A stretch of DNA of 64,000 nt from contig OZ316894.1 of the NCBI GenBank assembly GCA_973895155.1, forward strand, positions 4,240,944-4,304,943. The letters are read 5' to 3'. The DNA comes from Marsupella aquatica (taxonomy: Eukaryota; Plantae; Marchantiophyta). The position numbers and the translations under genes were made by a program. The notes under the pieces were generated by a model. That model was not told the origin of the DNA. It was given only the letters and a program-made list of their open reading frames with translations, and did no database searches. Below are positions 53,200 through 64,000 of the stretch, piece after piece (position 1 is the first letter of the stretch; each line of letters begins with the position of its first letter).

Positions 53200-55515
53200 T
53201 AGGATAAAGTACTGTACATCATACGACTCAACCTTAGTCAAAATAGCTTGAGCCTGGATCCGTGAGTTATCCTTTGGATGATCCTCTCGAATCCTAAGTT
53301 CAAGTGCTCGTCTGGTGATATGTTGTTTGGGTGTAGGTCCTCCCAATGAAGTCTGAATGGGAAAAGGACACTCCTCCAAATCATCTGGACACAATCCCAA
53401 TCCTTGTATCGCAGACTTACCCAACATCAAGGGCTGAGCACCAGTATCCAATAACACTCGTTCTGGCTGGTATATTGCTCCAAAAGGCCCAACTAATCGG
53501 AAGATACCACTCCGATTATCCAATGATACCACACTAGGTTTAAACCTAGTTCTCTCATAGGCAGGGCGTGCTGGTAACTCCATCAACCTCGCCGTTGCTG
53601 CTGGCCATGTTTCACCACTAGCAATAGGTGGAATCAACTCCACAACTTCAGATTTATGCATTGTCTCTGCACGAGAAGCAACAACTGGAGTGTCTTCACA
53701 TAATGTGGCCGCCAATCTGAACACTTCAGCTGGACTAACTCCCAATGCTAATATATCTGTTGCTGAAAATAACGGGGTGTGCACAATGTTAGTGGCCGCC
53801 CCCAACAAGGTACTTGCTAGACCTGCTGCAACATCATCCGATTTTACCGACTTATCAACACTTGGATTTGTCTTAACCGGGTTCATAGAGGTAGTGTGAA
53901 CTGCCTCTAACAACGTAAACGATTGAGGAAGCTTTGTTTGTTGACGAGCCTCCCCCCTTTGAGGATCCAACTCTACCATTGCTCCTCGGGGCTCAAGGAC
54001 TTTGGTTGCTCCTCTAGTCAAAGCTGCCGATGCGTCAACATGGGTAGTGCCACACATGAATCCCATGGTGGCCAAGTCTCCGTCAGCTCCATAAGATGTA
54101 GAAGCTCCATCACCAGAAGTAGGTCTAACCTGAGAACTGGCCATGGCAGCTAGTTGTTGCTCCAATTGAGCAATCTTTGCATCTTTTGGATCTATGGTAG
54201 TGGCAAGAGCATCACCTTGTTGTCTCCCTGCATGTGGCATCCCTCGTCCACGACCACCACCTCTACCTCCTCTTCCCTGATCATATGTACGCGATCCTCC
54301 CCGTCGTAGTTCAGGATGGAGTACAAAACACCTATCTTTGGTGTGACCAGAAACTCCACAATGATCACATAATCGTTGATCGGGCATAGATGCCCCTCTA
54401 CTATCCGGGCAATATCTTTGTGCATGATCCCCACCACAAGTCCAACATCCTGACTGCTGTCCAGCATAGGAGGGCACAGGTCTCTGACTAGTAGATTCCC
54501 GTGTTGTAGGCTTCTCCCTCTGGCTCTTCCTTACAGTAGGTTGCAGTGTGGGTGTAGATGCAACCTTTGGTGAGCCTTCCTTGACAAATCCGGAAGTCAC
54601 CACCTTCTCATTCACCATATTGAGCTCAATGCGCTCGGCTAGTGCAAAAACAATAGCCAATGTGGGATCTGAATCCCTCAATAGAGTGGCGTCTCTTACT
54701 CTACGCCGCAACTCTCTATCCAAAATTGCATACCAAAATTGAATTGCTTGGGCCTCTGTCACTCCCTTGGTGATTGTAATTAATCTTTGCATATGAGTGT
54801 ATGCCTCGCGTAGACTCTCTCCAGTCTTGCGCTGAAAATCTTGAAGACCCTTCAACTTATCAGTTCTCACACCCTGGTAGTTTTGCTTCAACACATCAAA
54901 GAACTTCACCACAGGGTTAAATGTTGGCACAACTCCACTCCCACCCACAATTGCACTGGTAGGAGTAACAGTGGATACTGGTGGAGTGCCACTCTGGCTA
55001 GTGCTACTAGAAGAAGCAACAGCCGGGGCAACAGGTTGAGAAACCGCACTTGTGCCGTAAGTGATGGACACATAGTTTGGTGACCAATGTTGTCTCCATA
55101 TCTCAATATCAGCCAAATGGGTCTTCCGAAACTCATGGTAATCATCCATGGGTGGACCCTCCAAATGCTGAAACAACCCTTTCCATGCCATGAAAGGTGT
55201 AAACAATGTGGCGTTACCCATCGTTTGCATATCACACCACGTATCAAACTCTTGGATGAAATCATCCAAATCAATTGTGCCAACTGCACCAGAGTATCTT
55301 CTAGGGCCCTTAGTGGACCCATACGTCTCCTCCATATCCCACAACAATGGTGCAACTACCTGATGATGAGGAGAGTTGACTACAGAGCCCTCGTAATCAC
55401 TATCTGAAGCTCTACTAGTATCTGCTAGCAATGTCGTTGGCCGAAATTGCACTCCACTTCGAGTGAAACCAGTCCGTTGTTCACCAAGTAGCTTTGCATT
55501 ATTGGAAGACTCCAT
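53200..55515 (-). pseudogene. Gag with two CCHC zinc knuckles and an RGG tract, followed by an aspartic protease
   Basis: FQRKTGESLREAY, CWTCGGDHAQRYC, CDHCGVSGHTKDRC, VLLDTGAQ; frameshift at about 53215 near the protease C-terminus. Confidence 0.9.
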
Positions 55516-55529
55516 GATTCCAAAACCCT

Positions 55530-55952
55530 AGGCCACAGGCCGTGGGCTGTGGGTACCTACCCACACAAACAAGATGAATCAGCCACAAGCCGTGTGCTGT
55601 GGGTGACTACCCACGCAACCAAACTTCAAGAGGCCACAGGCCGTGGGCTGTGGGTGCCAACCCACACAACCAAGATGAATCGGCCACAAGCCGTGGGCTG
55701 TGGGTGACTACCCACGCAACCAAACTACAAGAGGCCACAGGCCATGGGCTGTGGGTGCCAACCCACACAACCAAGATGAATCGGCCACAAGCCGTGGGCT
55801 GTGGGTGACTACCCACGCAACCAAACTACAAGAGGCCACAGGCCGTGGGCTATGGGTGCCAACCCACACAACCAAACTATGAGAGGCCACAGGCCGTGGG
55901 CTGTGGGTGCTAGCCAAGCTGCAAGAGGTCACAGGCCGTGGGCTGTGGGTGC
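55530..55952. repeat. Hairpin-forming tandem array in the retroelement 5' leader (9 units of ~50 bp, 101-bp higher-order repeat)
   Basis: GCCACA(A/G)GCCGTGGGCTGTGGGT at about 55531, 55582, 55632, 55682, 55733, 55783, 55834, 55885 and 55927, with two alternating spacer types. Confidence 0.92.
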
Positions 55953-58900
55953 CTCCCCACCAAAACTCTCTTTGCTCAAGTCATGCGCTAAACACGCAAT
56001 TGACGGGAAAATCACTATTCAGTATTTGTCGTTTCCTCTGTGCCCTAAGTCACAGCCGCCTTGCCTCTCCGCGGTGCCTTATCTTGTCGCGCGCCGCCAA
56101 CACAATTCACCAACATTCAACGTCGTTTCCTTCATAGAAACGCACTATCCATCAACAAGGAACTTGATGCAAATCAGAACTGCATCCTACAAAAATTGTA
56201 AACATAATCAACTATCGGGCTCCCAATTGAACCACCTCAATCAAAACCACAAAGAGTCGCACATCCGACTACTTTCCCTTCACAAAATAGGACCAGACAC
56301 CATCGTCTGTCTCACACACAATTGTCGATAGCAACATTCGCTTGTCGATCACACAATCAATCCTCCACGATGCAACACCGCATATCGATGAAGACCGCAA
56401 CTCCAAAACCACAACTTAGCAACAACAACTTGAAGCTTCACTTGAACTACGCAAGCGTCGCACCAACTTGCAATAGATCGAGATACCAGCGATCCGTTCA
56501 ATAACAACACCCGATCCGAGCTACCACGAATCGTCAACAACAAAACCAAAATGAAATCAAACTTCTGTCTGCACAGTCCGCACCACAGAGTTCGAAGCTG
56601 ATCTTTTGATGTAATCTTCAAGAATAATCGAACAACGATTGATGCCAATCAAACACACAATCTTGTCCGACGCGATCACACACTTATGTCAAGCCAAACG
56701 CACCTTGCGCCTCAAGGAATCCACGTTACGTACACACAACCTAGACAGCCACACCATAGCCGCTAGAGTTTGTGCTCGAAAGGCTCAACATCAAAAGATG
56801 AGGCCTTTGAGCCAACACAAAGAGATATATAACTATCCCTCACAAACATACACTAACCCTAAACCACTTAGATAACACACATATGAAAGCCTCAAACCTA
56901 CATAGTCCGATATCCTATACTACCACTCATAATGGTGTGACAAAGATCATATTTTCAAGCTTAATTTTCTGCAACTGTTCAACATCTCAAGGCCCACTTA
57001 GTTTGCTTGGAAGGCCATCAAATGAACTTTCCAATAGACCAATGTTTGCTTGATGCTGATCACAAATGGAAACATTACCAGTGCCAGAAGCGGGACTCTA
57101 AAGCAGCAAGGGCCACCCAATCGCATCTTTAGGGGCAACATCCATCCAAGCATACATTTGCTTGATGGGGTTGTTTTTCTTTGTGATTCTCAGAACCACA
57201 AGGTGTGAGGTATGTTTATGGTGTTGGCTCAAAGGTTGTCCCCAACCATAATGACCTTGCCAGCCTGGCCAGGGGTTCCCAAGTCTCAAATTTTCAAAAT
57301 CTTACTTATAAAGCGCCAAGGGGAAGATAGAGTCAGGGTCTAGGTTTCTAGATTGAAGTCTCTAGACATGACTCTAGGGCCCCACCAAAGAAAATGTGCA
57401 TAGAACAAAGATGTGCATCCACATGATTGAATATTATGTATGAAATAAATGAGAGTATATGTGCATGTAAAGAAAATATGGATACACATTATGGAATATT
57501 ATGTATGACATGAATTATTGTTTTCTAATCATTTCATTAATATTTAAATAATGGAAATAAGAAATATATATTGTTATATTTTATTGTCCTCTTCTCTACT
57601 CACCTTTTGTTATACTTTATTGTCCTCTTTCCTACTCTCCTTCAAAGAAGGGGTAGTCAGGCTAATGTTATCTAAAGAAAGAGTGTCAAGGGTTTTGCTG
57701 AGTGTCAGGGGTTATGCTTGCTCGCCCATGGTTTGTTAATGGACCATGGCTGTAAACCCTTCTAGCTTGCCGCCCTTGGGCATTACAGACAGTTACCCCC
57801 TCCAGGCCATGGGTTAAGCTACACTTACATGATTGTTCTACACCAGAAGATCACTCTTGTGCAGGAATTTTGTTTATCTCCTTGCACCTCGTCTGGAAGG
57901 GAATTCATTTCCACATGATAATTCTCCACTAAGCTGAAAGGCCCATGGACGTTACATAACTCTGCACACTGTTCTCCATCAAGAGCTGGACACCTCTTGA
58001 CTCTGCCCTGAATGTTGTTGCTCTGCAGAAAAGAAATTGATTTCCCATCCCAACTCATCTTAACGGGAAACGGGAAAATTGTTTCCATTAGTTCTTGGAT
58101 TGAGAAAGTAACACTCATGAAAATTAAGCATAATAGATGACAACATTTGCGGGTATTCTTGCATCTTGGAGAATGTGTCACCTTTGCAGGAATCAGGATA
58201 CACAGGGTTGTTGAGTACCCAAGCCCACAATATGAATCTATGAATCTATCTATCTTCGATAACTATATAATAGCAATCAAAAGCTACTCAATCAAAAGCT
58301 ACTCCCTGGGCCTACTACAATGGACATAAAACTGAAACTGTAGACAAGAAACAGGGATGGGGGCAAAGATGAACCGAAAATAGCATGGAGTCCTGTTCAA
58401 GGAATGATAATCAGGCTATTAATTACAAAAGCCAACCCATACCTGTCAGTTTGGACCAAGAGCCAAACCATCCTGTCAGTTTCGACCAAAGAAAAGAGAA
58501 AGGGAACCCCAAATGCAGAAACTGCTTATAGATTCGACTACGAATCTAGCACAGGTCCCACTACTTCAATGACTTCGTCATACTTGCCATACACTGAGTT
58601 GGCTTGAAAAGCGAAGCGAAACTGGGAAGTCATCACTGTAAAATCGAGCCCTCATCATTGCATTGGTGCATCTCTTTGCTCAATCAGGCGGACCACAAGG
58701 TCAAGCGCCAACAAGGACTAGCAGTGAAATGCTAAGACATCCATACTGCAAGAAGATACTGGAAGAGAGTATTGAAAGCGGTAGGTAACTTCAATGTGTG
58801 GTAAAGTATCTACAACTGGTGCAAAGACCATCAGGAGCAGCAAGTTACAATCAGATGGAAACCTTAAGAGAGTTCTCTATCCTGAACTGCAAGAACGCAA

Positions 58901-59605
58901 TGAATGATGGCGTTCCACGAAATACTTCTACACCAAAATTTCCAGGATGTTTCGGGGTCACATAATTAGGACCAGCCCACAACCTTCTAGAATCAATCTT
59001 GAAAACGGTTGAAATATACACCGTTGGTCGACGAGAACTACCACTGAAAGGTCTCTTCTAGCACTCCTGTCCGCGCAATTGGCCACCCAGATGGACATCT
59101 TCCCCTCCAGCCCTTTATCCAGTTCACTCTGTATGAACTCCTGATCAGCAAATTGGGGCCAATATGTTAATCTCTTCACGACCGAAACGCTAGGCTGTTT
59201 GTGTACAGTATTCCTCGAGACTAATGTCCAACCTGTGGTTCCCCCAGCTCTCGGGACATTTCGGGTTCTCTTTGGGAGCCGGGAAGGAGATTTACAGAGA
59301 TGTTCCACACCCATCACTTCGAAGACAGTGATGCCACGGAGTACAGCATCTCGGGATTCCGTGTCTTTGAAGGGACAGCATTGTCATCATGGACTAAATT
59401 ACATATAGAGAGAGGAGAAGATCCTACATCCTATTGAGGGATGCACGTTGTGAAGCTACTCAGAATTGAGCTAACAAGGATTTTCTGACAAAACGAAGTA
59501 TTTCGGTGACCATTGACCAATTAGAATCTCGGTTCACCATTTTTTTCGCTATGATTTTTGTCACTATGAATAATGTGTACAACCCCAAGGAAGGGGACCT
59601 ACGTC

Positions 59606-62600
59606 TTAAGATCTGACGCTTTTAGTGAAGTACTTCAGCACCAACCAGAATAGCACTCTGTAACCCAAGAAGAGCAAAATCATGGACAAGACGTTGATCC
59701 ATTGATGTACGGCCCCAGCAGAGAACGAAATAAGGATATCCTCTGAAGAACCTGCGCTGCCCCACTGAACATTGGCAAATTTTGGGTTTCCGAACTCGTT
59801 ATCCATCATAGACTCGAACGGGTACTTGAAGAGTGAGAGATAATGCAGCCAGATCCAATACTTCGGAATTCCGCTCCTGTTCAAAGATAACACGTATCCG
59901 TCATAATCTGCACTTTTGTAAAACATCGAATGAACTAACACGCCTCTTCTCTCCCCCTGCATAAACCACCCTACCGACTGGCAAGACTCTCATACTACAG
60001 GAAGACTAATTCGTGCAGGATCAAATGAACAATGAAGCCAACGGATCCCCTCCCTGGGACACCCATATCCAGCAATGCTGCTACACGAAGACCTGTCGAA
60101 AAATGAATGAAACTGATGTATTAAAAAATTGTGGGAATAACCCTACCTTGGGATGAAGAAACCGGAGAACAGGAAGAAGTACGCAATGAGACCAGAGCAC
60201 ATGGAATTGCCGATTGTGAAATTAGGGACCATCGAACTGATGAAGCATACGAATGAGTTGGCCGAGGCAAGAGTGAGCCATACAATGAGGACGAACAAGA
60301 AGAATGCCCCGGTGTCCGCAACCAAGCCCACGATGAAGTAGCCAGGGATAGAGAAGAGAAACGCCAGAATAAGCAAGAGCGGGACGGTGACGACTGCTCC
60401 GGAAATCACATAAGTAGCCGCTCGATACGCTCCACGTGACGTTTCTCGAATGAAAATCTGACGCTCCTCAATGAAAACGCCAATTGCCTCGGTGGATGTA
60501 AAGATCAGCAAAGCCAGCGCGAAGGCAATGAACGACGACCGCTGTTTCACTCCCTTGGCACTCACCTTAACTCTTAAGAAAAGTGTTCCAACCGTGACTG
60601 CCACAACCATCTGCGGACACATATTCACCCAAAAGTAAGTTAAAGGATGTTTTCAAGTCAGGCTTCTCTCCCTTTTAGTATACTTCAGATCCTTCCGGTC
60701 TTTGCTCCAACCTGAGTGCTTCGTTTCTGTCGCCAGGAAGCTCATTACTTCCAAGTCAATGGCAGGCGTCTAATTGCAGCCCCCTTATCATGTGTACGAT
60801 TGCCTATCGGCATGGCTTGGATTTGAGTACTTACTTCGACTCTGTCCCACAGGGAAAAGATTTCAAAGTGAAGTGCTCAAATTCTGTGTGCAGGAAATTG
60901 TTTTAGAGAAGTGTTTAAATTAAGCAAACAGGGAAAATATTTCAGAAAGTGCAAGTAATTCCGAGCTCAGGAGATTGTGTGCGCGAGGTAAAGTCAAGGA
61001 AACGCTTCTCTGGAAGCACGGTGCTTGTGAATTGATCATCCAATACCCTCTGCTGCAATTTGAGTCCTTAAAAGTCGGTGGGCGGGATTACTAAATTGTT
61101 TAAATTCTGTGGGCAGGAAGGTTTAAGTGAAAGTCGAGGGTATACAGCACGCTCGCAACGACGACAGAACAGTCAACAACGACCGACGATCAAGTCTTCA
61201 AGAGAGGAATAGCTAAGCAGTAAGCATGACCCCCTTCACGTCATCAAGATGTTTGAAAGCGAAAGCTGAATGAAACCTTCTACGTCGGAATAACTGAGGA
61301 CAGGAGGGCACTGACCATCAAAAATACTCGGGAAAGGAACAGCTCCGGGGTGCGAAGTGTGTTCTTCAAGTTCCGATTCGACAGCACGAGACACTCTGAG
61401 AAAAAGGATGTTGCATACTCCGGAGAAAAAGCTCCAACTATGTTAACTTCTTCTGGAGAGTTCTCCCTCGCTTTCTCCTCATCCATGATCTTCTTGTTTG
61501 ACGCCTGTGACACCAAACCAAACCATTCCCTCACTCCGGTCAGAAATATTGCCCTGGAGTCGTATCAAGTACGTGTATCCCCAAATTCTGCAAAGATTTC
61601 AAGCACGAATTAAATTCCTCACTCAAAAGAAGTAGAGTCGAGTCAATAGTCATACTTGTAACGCTTTAAGGGGTTCGAGGCCCTCAGGCGATCGTTGGTA
61701 ATCCTCAATGGTGTCGAGAGCGTGCTCGATGACGTTAACCTGCAGTGAGACGAGACCAAAATCACAGCATCAGAAAAACCGTGCTGCTAAATGGGCAGCT
61801 GGGGCCGGCCCTGATTAGCGGAATCTTGATCAAAATGAGGCTAAACTGAGAAGATTTCTGACCGCGTTTTTCAACATTCACTCGAATTAGCATAAATTGA
61901 GATGAGGAGGGCAGCGAAAGGACGGGCAGGGAAGGGGAGATCACCATCTCAGGCATGGGGCGACCGAGAGGGTCGAAGAAATGTTTGATTCCTAGGTGAG
62001 GTCCATGGTAGATGACATTCCCCCTTCCCAGGACAAGAACTCTATCAATAGTTTCCAGAATTCGGTAGCTGGGCTGATGGATGGTGAGAAGCACAGTCCT
62101 CCTTCCCGATTGCGCCATTCTCCTCAGGTTCTGCATGACATTTAGAGCAGATGTGCTGTCCAGCCCAGACGTTGGCTCGTCCAGGAAAAGAACAGCGGGG
62201 TCGTGAATGAGATCGGACCCAATGGACACCCGACGCCTCTCTCCACCTGAAACTCCTCTAACCTATATGACGTGCACATCCAACACGGAACGATCAGCTG
62301 CCTAGTATTGATCCGATAAGATGGGAAGCGAAGTGATAATCATGACAGCACCCTCGTTTATTTGCTCTCCACAAACATCAAGATGGCATTGCACAACGAC
62401 ACCCCCCCTTGAGGCTAAACCATAATGTCCAATTACGTGGCCACTCAAGTCATAATTATGAATCACGCCCCCTTCCATTCTATTTCCTCCATCAACGACA
62501 ACATGACATTGCAAGCTAAAGGCACTGTCTGAACTGTGTTGTCCAATGAAGTCGTTGGCATCTTGCATCATGTCCTCCTCCTTTCTTCGTTCTCCAAGCA

Positions 62601-64000
62601 CATCGAAATGAGTTCGCTTAGACAGTAAGATCTATCTAGTCCTCTTCCTTTCTTCATCCTCAAGCTGCAGAAACTTAACGTCTATGGAGGGTTGATATGG
62701 AGATCGAGTGTTGATAGACTTGATCAAGTACTTCATTTTGAGGTATCTCCGCTGGACTTGACCTCCATTGACTTGACTGGAGTATCAGCTCAGTAACATG
62801 CATTTCATCTTCCCTCATAATTCATTCGTTAAAGCAAAGAAAAAAAAAAAGCCAGACATGGAGGAGGAAGAGGCGAGATTCCCAGACTGAATGCGAAACA
62901 AGATTGAAAACGACACAACTCTTAACCGCAATTTAGCATAAACTCAACGCAGAGGTTGACAAGAAGCCCAACCCAGCGCCCTCATGAAGCAGCACAGACT
63001 GCAGAAGAAATTCGACGAACCTTCTCATTTCCAACGCGAGTGTCAGCGCATTGCGCAAGGCCGAGCTGCTTGATCATATTGTCCACCCGAATCTTCTTCT
63101 CCGCGAGGGGCATAGAGCTGGCCAGCCTGAGACGCGCGCTGTACAGCAGGGTCTCTCGGACGGTGAGCATGGGGAAGAGGGCGTCATCCTGCATCACGTA
63201 ACCCGAGATACGCTTGAACGAACTGTCAATCATCTCACCATTCACCAAGACGTCTCCCTCCAAACTCTTGCTTGATACACGTCCCGCCAAGGCATCAAGA
63301 AACGTGGTCTTCCCTGATCCGGAAGGCCCGACGATGGCAAGGATCTGCCCGTGGTAGGCCTCGGCATTGACGCCGTTCAAAAGCAATTTCTGTGTGGTTC
63401 CCTCGTTAGTAGTCACAGACACCTGCAGCACCACTTCTTAATTTAGATAGTGCTCAAATTTCTCGACTCAGACGGCTTTTGTCACGAACGGGACGACTGC
63501 AAGACATCAGAGCAACATTTCTTGACTTCATTGGTTTCCATTGTGGGAGGGAACGACAACTAGACATCTGACCCCACTAGTCCCAATTCTGAGCTCCTGG
63601 AGCACCATTTTCTTGAATTAGATGGTTTTCATTGTGGAACAAAACGACTGCAACACATTGTCACCCCACCCAACCCAACAGTTAAAAAAATTCTTCCAGC
63701 CGGATGGTTGTCCTCACTACCCCCCGCATTAATCATCAGAACTTGAAATCTGAGAAAGGCTTGATCAACAGAGAGTACGCCCATTCAGTAGGATGAGGTC
63801 AGGGGATGGCATCAGCTGAGACGGGAGAAGGAGGGAAAGACCTTGTAAGTCAAATCCTTCACAACGATGTCGTAGAAGGGGAGCATCTCCACTTGTCCAC
63901 CGGCAGCCAGGACATCTAGGACAGACACGGAGTTCTGGCTGCCGAATTTCCCCAGACTGATACTAGACCTCCTGGCCTGAGAGGCGCTCCGGGAGGCGCT
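59606..64000 (-). CDS. ABCG half-size ABC transporter, paralog of 30278-34477; 5' end lies beyond the window
   Basis: [77 protein letters not shown]; intron positions match the + strand copy. Confidence 0.92.

Larger units (their letters stand above)
47557..56942 (-). mobile_element. Ty3/gypsy-like retroelement carrying a DNA methyltransferase and a PHD finger, with split direct repeats
   Basis: Ends TGTC..GACA; 4-bp TSD AAGA (47553-47556, 56943-56946). Repeat Y (137 bp) at 47557-47693 and 48026-48162; repeat X (331 bp, 2 mismatches seen) at 47693-48023 and 56612-56942. Domain order Gag-PR-DNMT-RT-RH-INT-PHD. Confidence 0.93.

Noticed and set aside
55530-55952. CRISPR-like array
   Set aside because: The spacers are themselves repeated in two alternating types, there are no cas genes, and the array lies inside a eukaryotic retroelement.

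Overview
Eukaryotic land-plant genomic DNA (GT-AG introns, telo-boxes); a non-seed plant such as a bryophyte is likely but is inference. Host genes: MYBBP1A/Pol5 (-) head-to-head with METTL5 (+), two convergent paralogous ABCG half-transporters, and an ATR kinase with a single intron. Mobile DNA: a gag-only Copia-type LTR element, a truncated LINE insertion with target-site duplication (TSD), a decayed intron-containing Crypton/DUF3504-type tyrosine recombinase gene and a long-TIR repeat. The strongest novelty candidate is a 9.4-kb Ty3/gypsy-like retroelement (47557-56942). Its reconstructed polyprotein is Gag-protease-C5 DNA methyltransferase-RT-RNaseH-integrase-PHD finger. Its ends are split direct repeats (X-ORFs-Y-X-Y) with an internal end-to-end junction instead of LTRs, yet it has TG..CA termini and a 4-bp TSD. 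All calls come from reading motifs by eye; no searches were run, and exon boundaries are hand-placed.
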